Positions 1-8,997 of a stretch of 32,000 bases of DNA are shown here, piece after piece (position 1 is the first letter of the stretch; the number at the start of each line of letters is the position of its first letter). The stretch is taken from positions 81,561-113,560 of the forward strand of contig JAIRQE010000018.1 in NCBI GenBank assembly GCA_031256725.1. The letters run 5' to 3'. The position numbers and the translations under genes were made by a program. The notes below the pieces were generated by a model. It was given only the letters and a program-made list of their open reading frames with translations, did not search any database and had not been told where the DNA came from. The stretch is from Propionibacteriaceae bacterium (GTDB lineage Bacteria; Actinomycetota; Actinomycetes; Propionibacteriales; Propionibacteriaceae).

Positions 1-290
1 GACTGGGAAAGGCATTGCTGGACGGTGTCATCAGTCATGTCGAGCGGTTTTCTCAGCTGGAGCCGAATGAGCGGTGGATGATTCACCCTCATGTCTTGGT
101 TGCTGCTATCTCAGCCGATAATGAGGCCTCCTTGTCACTCCACCTCTCACGCGGATTTGTTGAGGTCGGGCGAATGCCTCAGGTTGGGCGCAAGTTTGGG
201 ACATGGCTGGACTTGGTCCTCCTTCAACGTATTCTTAACGATCAGTCTGGAAACGACCACTATGCGCGCACAGGTAGACTAGTTTCGTGA
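1..290 (+). CDS. GNAT N-acetyltransferase, PAT/MddA-like (phosphinothricin / methionine-sulfoximine acetyltransferase family); 5' end cut by the window edge
   Basis: The frame is open from nt 3 ([10 protein letters not shown], a CoA-binding-loop-like stretch) to TGA 288-290. The C-terminal block [39 protein letters not shown] is the typical tail of PAT-type GNATs. The stop overlaps the rpe start (GTGA). Confidence 0.7.
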   Translation, partial: LGKALLDGVISHVERFSQLEPNERWMIHPHVLVAAISADNEASLSLHLSRGFVEVGRMPQVGRKFGTWLDLVLLQRILNDQSGNDHYARTGRLVS

Positions 291-982
291 GAATCACTCC
301 CAGTATCCTCAATGCAAACTTCGCCCAACTCGGGGCGGAGATTGCACGAGTACCCTCAGCAGATGCCATCCATATCGATGTGATGGACAACCACTTCGTA
401 CCCAATCTGACTATTGGGCTGCCTGTTGTGGAGTCTCTGCGAACTACGACTGACCAGATGCTGGACATTCACCTCATGATTGCTGACCCTGATCGGTGGG
501 CGCCGGCCTATGCTGAAACTGGGGCTGAGTCCGTGACCTTCCACATGGAGGCCGCGAAGGCTCCTGTACGCCTGGCCCGTGAATTAAGGGCGAAGGGGGC
601 TCGTGTTGGGGCTGCACTCAATCCGGCAACACCGCCCATGGCACTGAAGATGATCCTCGGCGAGATCGACATGGTGACCATCATGAGTGTTGAACCGGGT
701 TTCGGAGGTCAAGCCTTCATGGATCTTGTACTACCGAAGGTCGCCGCAATTCGCCGGATGATCTCGGCGCAGAACCTAGACATCTGGGTTCAAATGGATG
801 GAGGGATCTCCCTAGAAACCATTGAGCGCTGTGTGGAAGCTGGCGCTGACACCTTTGTTGCTGGAGCCGCGGTTTTCCGCGCCGAGGATCCCGACCACAT
901 GGTACGCGACTTGCGCACTCTTGCTGAGAAAACGACCCCAGGTTTGGGGGCCCATGGATGCGGATGTGGGGGACATCGATGA
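287..982 (+). CDS. rpe: ribulose-phosphate 3-epimerase
   Basis: GTG start at 287. Conserved Rpe blocks are present: [49 protein letters not shown]. The C-terminal tail [13 protein letters not shown] is atypical. Confidence 0.9.
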   Translation: MRITPSILNANFAQLGAEIARVPSADAIHIDVMDNHFVPNLTIGLPVVESLRTTTDQMLDIHLMIADPDRWAPAYAETGAESVTFHMEAAKAPVRLARELRAKGARVGAALNPATPPMALKMILGEIDMVTIMSVEPGFGGQAFMDLVLPKVAAIRRMISAQNLDIWVQMDGGISLETIERCVEAGADTFVAGAAVFRAEDPDHMVRDLRTLAEKTTPGLGAHGCGCGGHR

Positions 983-2409
983 AATATGTATCAACACGAG
1001 GCTCTGGCCCAATGTCCTTCACGGACATCCTCTTGGAGGGTCTTGCTCCTGACGGCGGGCTCTATGTGCCCCAGTCCTATCCTCAACTCTCTCTGGACGA
1101 CTTCAATGCTCTGGGTGAGATCCTCGTCAACGAGGGGTACGCACGCCTAGCAGCTCAGATTCTCGCACTCTTCATTGACGATATTCCCCTATGGGACCTT
1201 GAAGGGATCACGCGTCGGGCGTACACAAAAGAAAAGTTTGGTACAGACCTGATCGCTCCTGTGACGAAGATTGAGCGCAACCTGTGGCTGGCCCAGTTGT
1301 CTCAGGGCCCGACTGCGGCTTTCAAGGACATGGCTATGCAGGTCTTGGGTCAGTTCTTTGATTATGAACTGGCTCGCCGTGGTACGACGATGACCATCCT
1401 GGGTGCTACCTCGGGTGATACGGGGTCGGCGGCTGAGTTTGCCTTGCTGGATGCCTCACGGGTACAGGTCTTCATGCTGTCTCCCTTGGGGAGGATGACA
1501 CCCTTCCAGCGTGGGCAGATGTACGGAATCAACTCTCCTCGTATCGTGAATATCACTGTGCCTGGGTCTTTTGATGATTGCCAGGATCTCGTCAAGGAGG
1601 TCAACTCGGATGCTGAGTTTAAGTCGACCTATTCTATTGGTGCGGTGAACTCCATCAACTGGGCGCGTTTGGTTTCCCAGGTTGTCTACTATGTGTCGAG
1701 TTGGTTCCAGGTGACTCAGGGGCGCGGCGAGGTTTCCTTCTCTGTACCTTCAGGTAACTTTGGGAATATCTGTGCTGGGCATGTGGCTCGGATGATGGGG
1801 CTGCCCATCAAAGAGTTGGTATGCGCCACGAATGAGAATAACGTTTTGGCTGAGTTCTTCCGTACAGGTGTTTATCGTGTGCGCGCGTCCACGGAGACCT
1901 TCGTGACCTCGTCGCCATCAATGGATATCTCCAAGGCCTCCAACTTTGAACGCTTCTTCTACGATCTGGCTGGGCGGGATGCCGCAGAGATCCGCCATTT
2001 GTTTGGAGAGCAATTGGGCCACAAGGGTGTCATCGACATCCGAAAGAAGCCCTACGCCAAGGATCCCTATAAGGTGTACGGATTCCGTACGGGAGTCTCC
2101 ACCCATGCTGATCGTGTGGAAACCATTGCTGACTTCTATCGACGCCCTGGGTACCTCATGGATCCCCATACTGCTGATGGTGTCATGGTGGGTCGTGAAC
2201 TGGCTGGTGAGGAACCCATGATCGCCATGGAGACTGCACTTCCTGTGAAGTTTGGTTCTATCACCAAGGAAGCCATCGGCAAGGTACCCGAGATTCCGAC
2301 GAGGTTCGCCCATGTTCTAGATGCCCCACAGCATACGGTTCTGTGCGAAAACGGGGCTGAGCAGTTGAAGAAGATTATCGAACAGCGCAGCGTCTTTCCA
2401 CCTGAGTGA
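979..2409 (+). CDS. thrC: threonine synthase (long form)
   Basis: ATG 979 overlaps the rpe stop (ATGA). The MKYVSTRG N-terminus, the PLP-lysine context [12 protein letters not shown] and [11 protein letters not shown] all fit threonine synthase. The earlier in-frame ATG at 958 only adds non-conserved residues and a 25-nt overlap. Confidence 0.9.
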   Translation: MKYVSTRGSGPMSFTDILLEGLAPDGGLYVPQSYPQLSLDDFNALGEILVNEGYARLAAQILALFIDDIPLWDLEGITRRAYTKEKFGTDLIAPVTKIERNLWLAQLSQGPTAAFKDMAMQVLGQFFDYELARRGTTMTILGATSGDTGSAAEFALLDASRVQVFMLSPLGRMTPFQRGQMYGINSPRIVNITVPGSFDDCQDLVKEVNSDAEFKSTYSIGAVNSINWARLVSQVVYYVSSWFQVTQGRGEVSFSVPSGNFGNICAGHVARMMGLPIKELVCATNENNVLAEFFRTGVYRVRASTETFVTSSPSMDISKASNFERFFYDLAGRDAAEIRHLFGEQLGHKGVIDIRKKPYAKDPYKVYGFRTGVSTHADRVETIADFYRRPGYLMDPHTADGVMVGRELAGEEPMIAMETALPVKFGSITKEAIGKVPEIPTRFAHVLDAPQHTVLCENGAEQLKKIIEQRSVFPPE

Positions 2410-2868
2410 TTGAGTTTCTTGTGAACCGGGCTCGGGAAGATTCTGGGCTTAAGGATCGAGAGTCTGGGGTCCTAGCTCTTCTCACGTCAGCCATGGGGAT
2501 GGATTCGGTGGTTGTGGTGTCGGCTCCTGAGGTACCTGCTGCAGGAGACTTCTTCAAAGCCGCCACCGCCATCTTCCAAGGTTAGGATGACCAGGGTCGT
2601 GCCTACATTGAATATACGGATACTGGCGTGGGTATAGGCTTACCGAGATTCGTGGCGCCTTCTCTCAGGCAATGATGATCCGTTCTGCGGATCTTCCTGA
2701 GTATTTTGTCGACCCCCTGGATCCTCCCAGTCGAAAGGCCTGGAGACCATCCAGATTGGACCTAGTAGAACCATCATATTCATGCTTTCTAAATATTGTA
2801 ATGATGTGGTTATGCTGGTGAAGAAGTGGTAATGATGATCCACGAGATTGGCTCACCGCAAGGGTTGA

Positions 2869-2910
2869 ATGCATCAGTGATGCGCCCTCTATGCATCAGT
2901 GATGTAGACT
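2869..2910 (+). promoter_or_regulatory. putative vapBC operator plus -10 element: two copies of ATGCATCAGTGATG followed by TAGACT
   Basis: There are identical 14-mers at 2869-2882 and 2891-2904, spaced 22 bp apart. Each contains the palindrome CATCA-n-TGATG. TAGACT (2905-2910, a TANNNT-type -10) ends 6 nt before the vapB ATG at 2917, and no Shine-Dalgarno sequence is visible. Confidence 0.4.
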
Positions 2911-2916
2911 GGTTTT

Positions 2917-3150
2917 ATGCGTACTACTGTTCGACTTGATGAGGATGTTCTTGCTGCTGTATCGATGTTGCAACGTGAGCGTCATCTGAGCCTGTCTGAG
3001 GCAGTCAATTCACTTGCACGAGCAGGTCAGCAACGCTCCAGTGCTCCACAACGCCCTTTTGTACAGCGGACCACCAAGCTTGGAATCACTGTCGATATAA
3101 GTAATACTGCTGAAGCGCTTGAGTATCTTGATGGGGTGGATCATCAGTGA
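2917..3150 (+). CDS. vapB: type II antitoxin, VapB-like (ribbon-helix-helix type N-terminus)
   Basis: 77 aa. The N-terminus MRTTVRLDEDVLAAVSMLQRERHLSLSEAVNSLARAG is typical of actinobacterial VapB antitoxins. The stop overlaps the downstream PIN gene start (GTGA). Confidence 0.7.
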   Translation: MRTTVRLDEDVLAAVSMLQRERHLSLSEAVNSLARAGQQRSSAPQRPFVQRTTKLGITVDISNTAEALEYLDGVDHQ

Positions 3151-3566
3151 TCGTTGATGCAAATGTCTTACTCTATAGCGTTGATGAATTATCACCATTC
3201 CACATCGAAGCTAGAGACTGGATGGAGGTAGCACTCAATGGTCCAACTCGTGTTGGATTACCGTGGGCATCTTTACTAGCTTTTCAGCGCATCAGTACAC
3301 ATCCTCGTGTCCCCAACCCGTTGACTCCACGGGAAGCCTGGACGTTCATTGAAGACTGGCTAGATGCTGAACAGGTGTGGATTCCAGTTCCTGGGTTGCG
3401 GCATTCTGAGATTATGCGAGAGTTGATCCTCGGCCAGGATATACGTGGAAACTTGGTTGCTGATGCCCATCTTGCTGCCCTAGCCATCGAACTTGGAGTG
3501 GGTGTTTGTTCTTTCGATTCAGACTTTGCTCGGTTCTCGAAACTCATGTGGGTGAGACCAGCTTAG
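3147..3566 (+). CDS. vapC: type II toxin, VapC PIN-domain ribonuclease
   Basis: 139 aa with a GTG start. MIVDANVLLY carries the first PIN acidic residue. Later acidic positions lie in NLVADAHLAALA and SFDSDFARF. Size and the 4-nt overlap with the antitoxin fit vapBC architecture. Confidence 0.8.
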   Translation: MIVDANVLLYSVDELSPFHIEARDWMEVALNGPTRVGLPWASLLAFQRISTHPRVPNPLTPREAWTFIEDWLDAEQVWIPVPGLRHSEIMRELILGQDIRGNLVADAHLAALAIELGVGVCSFDSDFARFSKLMWVRPA

Positions 3567-4089
3567 GAGAAGGAGACCGCCTTCGTGGTGAGTTCTAGTC
3601 CAATGTCATAAAACCAAATCTCGTGGTTTTATGGACTGATCTTGGTCAGGATGGGTTCAATCCTGCAGCCAGACTGATGAGAGGGTTATCGCAACTCTAT
3701 GTGGTAGTGGTGAAAGTTGGTTTACAGATGTTCTCGCTCTGCCCAACGCAGCGACATTGGCCGTTGGTTTAACCAATTCGCGAGATGGTGATTTCGCGGA
3801 TTAGTCCACCGAGAACGGGATGTTTTTTTGGGTCAAGCCCGAGAGACTCTATCCGGGATTTGGACCTCCAGTCGACGAATCTATTACATGAAGGCAATGT
3901 CCTTGTCATAGAATCGACATTAGAATTAACGCGCTAGAAGGGTCCGCTGGTTGTGACCTAGTAAATAAGATTTATCATTCCGGCATTAGTACGCAGACCG
4001 TGGGGGCTTTCTTTGTGACATATACTATTGTCGTCACTGTGACCTGGATCTGGTTGTCAGTTGATCTCTAAACAAGTTGAGGAAGTGGT

Positions 4090-4782
4090 ATGAGTAAAAG
4101 CGGCAGGCCAAGCAGTCAGAAGGCCAAGGCATCAAGCAAACTATCAGTAAGCAAACCATCAGTAAACGAAGCATCAGTTACAGATCGTAAAAGAGTTCTC
4201 TCTGTAGTGGTTATAAGCGTGGTGCTAGTTGTGGGAGTTGTACTTGCCCTGCTTCTTGTGGATCGAGATAAGGGAGTTGTCGGCCCAGGAGGATCCTCAT
4301 TAACTGGATTTCTGGATATGACAATATCGGAACTGAACGAGGTCCTTGGAGCTACGCCTGAGTATGGGGATTATTTATATCTTGGTGCAGCGGTGCCCGT
4401 TTACTATGAATCGCTGCCTCTCACCCTTTATGCAATCGATACTGACGTTTCGGACGGTGCCGGTCCTATGACTGGCGATGAGCGGATATGCATCGCGGGT
4501 ATGGAGTCTAAGGCGGGTAAGCGGTACACCCTCGACGGAACCATTCCGGTTAGGACAACTCAGGAAGACATAGAAAGTACGGTGCCTGGTGGGATGTATT
4601 ATGACCCCAATAACCCCACTGACTATGGAATTACTTTAGAGTTTGGTGGATTTACGTACGAGGGAGTTCTTGAGGGTGATCTCCAGGTACGGTATTCATG
4701 GTACTACAAACCATCCCCGCGTTCCGTCAATGATATGGTGACGGTATGGTCCCAAAACTGCGTAGAAAAAGTCCTCGGATAA
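4090..4782 (+). CDS. hypothetical single-pass membrane-anchored protein
   Basis: ATG 4090 is preceded by GAGGAAG. The protein has a Lys/Ser-rich N-terminus, one hydrophobic helix (VLSVVVISVVLVVGVVLALLLV) and a C-terminal domain of about 170 aa with no motif I recognise. A sampled line in this gene is about 38% GC. Confidence 0.55.
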   Translation: MSKSGRPSSQKAKASSKLSVSKPSVNEASVTDRKRVLSVVVISVVLVVGVVLALLLVDRDKGVVGPGGSSLTGFLDMTISELNEVLGATPEYGDYLYLGAAVPVYYESLPLTLYAIDTDVSDGAGPMTGDERICIAGMESKAGKRYTLDGTIPVRTTQEDIESTVPGGMYYDPNNPTDYGITLEFGGFTYEGVLEGDLQVRYSWYYKPSPRSVNDMVTVWSQNCVEKVLG

Positions 4783-4808
4783 TATCTTTCTACGGTAATG
4801 GCGACAAT

Positions 4809-6284
4809 TTAGAAAGCAAAGGCTCTTCTTTCGGCATTATCCCAGTCGGATTGGGTGAGTCCTAGTACACCAGGGGTGTAGGTGTCGACTTGGCAGGAGG
4901 CTCGACTGACGTGGCGTAGGGCCATGAGGTCTCCTTGAAGTACACCGGTGGCTCTGGCTTGTACAAGGAGGCTGCCCAGGGCTGTACCTTCTGCAGGGCC
5001 GGCGATGACTTCTAGGCCGGTGGCTTCTGTTGTGAGTTGGTTGAGGAGACGGTTTCGGCATCCTCCACCAACGATATGGATGACTTCAACCTCGGTTTTA
5101 GCGAGGTTTTGGGCCTGGCGAATGACTCGACGATAGCCGAGGGCCAGGGAGTCGATGATGCAACGGGTGTACTCGACCGGAGTCTGGGGGATGGGTTGGC
5201 CTGTTTCCTGGGCCATGTCAGCAAGTCGGCTTGGCATATCTCCGGGGGGCATCAGTCTGGGGTCTTCCATATCGACTACGGTCACCAATGCGGGAAGATG
5301 GGCAGCGGCCTCAATGAGGGTTTGGAGGTCGACGTCAAGCCCCTCGGCTTCCCAATGTCGACGGGATTCCGTGAGTACCCATAGGCCCATGACGTTGCGG
5401 TGGTAAGTGAGAGTCGAATCTATTCCTAACTCGTTGGTGAAGTCTGCCTGGCGGGATTCTTCACTGAGGATGGGATGATCAAGCTCCAGACCAACCAGGG
5501 ACCATGTACCTGAGGAGATGTAGGCAAAGTTTCGCGTGGTTGTAGGGATTGAGGCGATTGCAGAAGCCGTGTCATGGGAACCGACAGCGATAACGGAGGT
5601 ATCGCAGTCAAGGATTTCTCGGTACAAGGATCCCACTACGGTTCCAGGCTCCACGAGTGGGGGGAGTACCCGTTCGCAATCAATGCCATAGCGTTGGTTC
5701 ATGTGGGCAAGAGTGGTCGCAGACCATTGCCTGGCCCCAACGTCAAGCAAACCTGAGGTCGAAGCAATCGTTATCTCGGCATTCTTTGCCCCGCACAGCC
5801 AATAGGTGAACAGGTCGGGGAGGAATAGACAGGTGTCCACCTCGGGCCATCTGGGATCCCCAGCACTACTCGCGTACTGAAAAACTGTGTTGAAATCCAT
5901 GACTTGCAAACCAGCTTGACCATAGAGTTTCTCGGGCCCGAAGTCGGCGAAGAAGGCTGCGGGGACACCTTGAGTTCTTGCATCCCTGTAATGGTGCGGC
6001 GGTTCGCTCAGGGTACCAGTTGCGTCGAGGCGGCCATAGTCTACACCCCAGGTGTCCACGGCGACACTGCGTAGGGGGCCAGATTCACCAGCAGCACGTA
6101 TCCCTGTAATGATGTGGTTCCTGATGGCCTCAGCATCCCAGTGAAGATGGCCATCATTCTCGAAGGATGGTGTTGGGAATCGATGGACTTCTGTGAGGGT
6201 GAAACGGCCATCATTGAGACGGCCAAGGATGACTCGCCCAGAGCTTGCTCCAAGATCGGCGGCGGCGAAAAGATGATCAATCAT
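4809..6284 (-). CDS. rhaB: rhamnulokinase (FGGY carbohydrate kinase family)
   Basis: The protein is colinear with E. coli RhaB as I recall it: DLGASSGRV, DTWGVDY, YRDARTQG, GSHDTASA, SSGTWSL, NVMGLW, IVGGGCRNRLLNQL, VIAGPAEGTALG. I place the start at ATG 6284, with AAGGAAG 7 nt upstream. The 43 codons further upstream in the ORF track are non-conserved and cover a palindromic operator. Confidence 0.85.
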   Translation of the reverse strand: MIDHLFAAADLGASSGRVILGRLNDGRFTLTEVHRFPTPSFENDGHLHWDAEAIRNHIITGIRAAGESGPLRSVAVDTWGVDYGRLDATGTLSEPPHHYRDARTQGVPAAFFADFGPEKLYGQAGLQVMDFNTVFQYASSAGDPRWPEVDTCLFLPDLFTYWLCGAKNAEITIASTSGLLDVGARQWSATTLAHMNQRYGIDCERVLPPLVEPGTVVGSLYREILDCDTSVIAVGSHDTASAIASIPTTTRNFAYISSGTWSLVGLELDHPILSEESRQADFTNELGIDSTLTYHRNVMGLWVLTESRRHWEAEGLDVDLQTLIEAAAHLPALVTVVDMEDPRLMPPGDMPSRLADMAQETGQPIPQTPVEYTRCIIDSLALGYRRVIRQAQNLAKTEVEVIHIVGGGCRNRLLNQLTTEATGLEVIAGPAEGTALGSLLVQARATGVLQGDLMALRHVSRASCQVDTYTPGVLGLTQSDWDNAERRAFAF

Positions 6285-6390
6285 GGTGGAACTTCCTTGT
6301 TGTCGCACTAGTCGGAGCCTATCATCCATGGGATGAATCTGGGGTCCCAGAGGGCCTTTTTTCCTTGACTCATGTCTAGGAACATCATAG

Positions 6391-6408
6391 AATTGAAACG
6401 ATTCAATT
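6391..6408. promoter_or_regulatory. LacI-family-type operator candidate (18-bp palindrome with central CG)
   Basis: AATTGAAAC|GATTCAATT has 8 of 9 symmetric pairs and a central CG, as in LacI/PurR/CcpA-type operators. It lies about 100 nt from both divergent starts (rhaB 6284, operon 6509). Confidence 0.4.
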
Positions 6409-6508
6409 TTCAAGATTAGGAACGCGATGGTCGCCCTTTGGGATCTTCGGTACCAAACCCAGATCGACGCCGAAAGAAACGGCAGTACCCAGGCCCCGTG
6501 GACGTAGT

Positions 6509-7681
6509 ATGTCGGTTATGACTCCCATTGTTAACACCCATGTTCATGTGCCGCCGAATTTCTCTGCCTTCACCACTGCGCGTCAGGTTGTCGAGGCTGC
6601 ACAGGCTGAAGGAGTCTCAATATTAGGGCTCTCCAATTTCTTTGATCAACAGGTCTATTCACAGATGGGCCAGATGATCACCGAGGCCGGAATCCTTCCC
6701 CTGTTTGGATTAGAGTTCATCACCGTCGTACCCGATCTAGAAGCCCAGGGAATTAGGATCAATGACCCGGCAAACCCGGGAAGGATGTACCTCACAGGCA
6801 AGGGGATCGACCCCTGCCGTACTCCGACGACCGGGGCTGCCCAGATTGCGGCAGAAATCCGTCGCGGCAATGATGACAGAGCCGAGAAGATGGTTGCCCG
6901 TGTGGCAGAACACTTCTTCAACACAGGATTCGACACAGGTCTGGATGCGGAAACAATCATCGCCCAGGTCGCCACACGAAGCGAGGTACCCACCACCTGG
7001 GTTTCCCTCCAGGAACGCCATATCGCCCAAGCCTTCCAAGAGGCAGTCTTTGGATTCACCGGCGAAAAGAGAACTCATGTTCTCACTCAAGCCTACGGAT
7101 GCCCTCCCCATGAACGTGAGGACCCAGTCGCCGTCCAAGCGGAGATTCGCTCGCGGCTGTTGAAGTCTGGTACCCCTGGATTCGTCCCCGAAGCTGGTCT
7201 CAGTTTCGAGGATGCCTACACCTATATCCTCGATATGGGTGGTATTCCCTGCTACCCAATCCTTGCCGACGGATCTGATCCCATCTGTCCCTTTGAGGCC
7301 TCGCCCTCCAAGTTGGTCGACCAAATCCTTGACCGTGGGATCTACGCAGCTGAACTGATTCCCATCCGCAACCACTCAGCTCTTGTTGATGAGTACGTCC
7401 ATGTCCTCAGATCAGCAGGACTCATCGTCATGGCGGGTACGGAGCACAACACATTAGACCGAATCCCCATTGATCCATCCTGCGTAGATGGCCCCATGAG
7501 TATCACGGCTCGCCAAGGGTTCTTTGAAGGTACCTGTGTGGTTGCTGCCCATGCCGACTTGATCTCAAGGAACCAGCCTGGCTATGTGGATTCGTCAGGC
7601 GCACGTGTCGGCGAGGTATCTACCCTTGCGGGGCACGGTAAAACAATGGTGCAAGTACTGTCCTATCCAGGCCGTACCTGA
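6509..7681 (+). CDS. PHP/amidohydrolase-like metal-dependent protein, function unknown
   Basis: 390 aa. The N-terminal NTHVHVPPNFSAF (HxH) plus later GLEF, AGTEHN and VAAHADL resemble the His/Asp/Glu metal ligand series of the PHP superfamily. This is the first gene of the operon divergent from rhaB. ATG 6518 is an alternative start. Confidence 0.45.
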   Translation: MSVMTPIVNTHVHVPPNFSAFTTARQVVEAAQAEGVSILGLSNFFDQQVYSQMGQMITEAGILPLFGLEFITVVPDLEAQGIRINDPANPGRMYLTGKGIDPCRTPTTGAAQIAAEIRRGNDDRAEKMVARVAEHFFNTGFDTGLDAETIIAQVATRSEVPTTWVSLQERHIAQAFQEAVFGFTGEKRTHVLTQAYGCPPHEREDPVAVQAEIRSRLLKSGTPGFVPEAGLSFEDAYTYILDMGGIPCYPILADGSDPICPFEASPSKLVDQILDRGIYAAELIPIRNHSALVDEYVHVLRSAGLIVMAGTEHNTLDRIPIDPSCVDGPMSITARQGFFEGTCVVAAHADLISRNQPGYVDSSGARVGEVSTLAGHGKTMVQVLSYPGRT

Positions 7682-7724
7682 AAGAATGGGTGACGAGTTA
7701 TGAGGAAAGAAAGAAGCTCCAGCA

Positions 7725-8972
7725 ATGCCTGTACGTCCTAAAAAGGTGGATGATGAAAACCGTCGCATCACGGAGGCTATTCACATCGCAGCGCCACTAT
7801 TACGAGGGCTGCTCGGGACTAACTCCAGTCTCGCAGTGGTGACCTCCGATTCTTCAGCATTGGTACGTACCGAGACCCACAGGGATAAGCCGATCATGTC
7901 TTTGGGGAGTCATGCATGCGTGGTGGAACCTCAGTACGCTTCCTTGGTTGACCAAGTCACTTCTGCTGTTGCTCAGTACAAGAAGACCTGGAACCGTGAT
8001 CCCAGGATCATTGTTCTTCCAGGCAAGGTGGTCTTTGCGGCGGGTCCCGATTATCGAAGCGCACGCAAATCCCTGGATCACTTCATTGATGCTCTGCAAA
8101 GCGGATCTGCTGACCCCCACACAGATGAGGAGGCTGAACCTCCAAGGGGGCGGATGCATTCGCGGGTTGTCATGGTGACTGGTGCTGCTCAAGGATTCGG
8201 TTTGGGGATAGCCCAAGGTCTCGTCGATGAGGGGGCCCACGTCGTACTTGCTGATCTCAACCTTGAACTAGCAACCAAGGAAGCTGAGTCCTTGCAGACC
8301 AAATTTGGCCCAGGGCGAGCGATGGCTGTTCGTATCAACGTCGCCGACGAGGATTCCCAGAAGCAGGCTTTAGAACAGGTACTCTCCGTCTATGGTGGCC
8401 TGGATCTGTTCGTCTCTAATGCCGGTATTGCCCGCGCAGGATCGATCACCGAACAGAGGATGGAGGACTTCGACCTCGTCACCTCTATCAATTACAGGGG
8501 ATACTTTCTGGGAGTACGTACGGTCGCCCCAATTATGATCGCCCAACATGAGGTACGCCCCGATCTTCTCTTCGACATCATCGAGATCAACTCCAAATCC
8601 GGTTTGGAGGGCTCGAAACGCAACTTTGCCTATGCCGGAAGTAAGTTCGGAGGGATCGGGTTAACCCAGTCTTTTGCCCTAGAACTGATTGATGTGGGTA
8701 TCAAGGTCAATTCGATTTGCCCAGGGAACTATCTGGATGGACCCCTGTGGTCGGACCCCGAGAACGGTCTCTTCGTTCAGTACCTGCGCGCAGGAAAGGT
8801 ACCAGGAGCCTCAACTGTGGCCGATGTTCGAGCTTCCTACGAGGCCAAGGTACCAATACATCGCGGATGCCTACCCGCTGACGTGGTCAGGGCTGTGCTC
8901 TATCTTGTTGAGCAACAATATGAGACGGGTCAGGCATTACCGGTTACTGGCGGTCAAGTCATGGTGAACTGA
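7725..8972 (+). CDS. short-chain dehydrogenase, SrlD / RhaW-type, with an N-terminal extension of about 150 aa
   Basis: The C-terminal 260 aa are colinear with sorbitol-6-phosphate dehydrogenase as recalled: VTGAAQGFGLG, INSKSG, YAGSKFGGIGLTQS (YxxxK), VPIHRGC, TGGQVM. The N-terminal part (IIVLPGKVVFAAGPDYRSARKSLDHFIDAL) resembles the inter-domain region of bifunctional aldolase/SDR proteins (YuxG/RhaEW), but no class II aldolase domain is present. Confidence 0.7.
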   Translation: MPVRPKKVDDENRRITEAIHIAAPLLRGLLGTNSSLAVVTSDSSALVRTETHRDKPIMSLGSHACVVEPQYASLVDQVTSAVAQYKKTWNRDPRIIVLPGKVVFAAGPDYRSARKSLDHFIDALQSGSADPHTDEEAEPPRGRMHSRVVMVTGAAQGFGLGIAQGLVDEGAHVVLADLNLELATKEAESLQTKFGPGRAMAVRINVADEDSQKQALEQVLSVYGGLDLFVSNAGIARAGSITEQRMEDFDLVTSINYRGYFLGVRTVAPIMIAQHEVRPDLLFDIIEINSKSGLEGSKRNFAYAGSKFGGIGLTQSFALELIDVGIKVNSICPGNYLDGPLWSDPENGLFVQYLRAGKVPGASTVADVRASYEAKVPIHRGCLPADVVRAVLYLVEQQYETGQALPVTGGQVMVN

Positions 8973-8997
8973 TTGAATGGTTGAATAAGGATTAAGA

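Noticed and set aside
2375-2874. Small minus-strand ORFs (65-69 aa) and a 55-codon plus-strand GTG frame in the thrC-vapB spacer.
   Set aside because: They have no RBS, no recognisable motif and odd composition. They may be gene debris, but I cannot support a call.
3648-3675. Possible tRNA gene or tRNA 3' fragment (GGTTCAATCC string).
   Set aside because: With the TTCAATC loop in the canonical register, the flanking 5-mers (ATGGG and CTGCA) do not pair. No acceptor 5' strand, D-arm or anticodon arm can be found upstream. I kept it only as a low-interest finding.
4786-4816. Inverted repeat CTTTCTA-17 nt-TAGAAAG between the convergent 4090-4782 gene and rhaB, a possible bidirectional terminator.
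   Set aside because: The stem is AT-rich and only 7 bp, the loop is long and there is no flanking T-run. The right arm overlaps the rhaB stop codon. It is too weak to call.
6285-6413. N-terminal 43-codon extension of the rhaB ORF (MKIESFQFYD...).
   Set aside because: It is not conserved in RhaB. It runs across the palindromic operator and AT-rich promoter-like DNA. A strong RBS (AAGGAAG) precedes the internal ATG at 6284.
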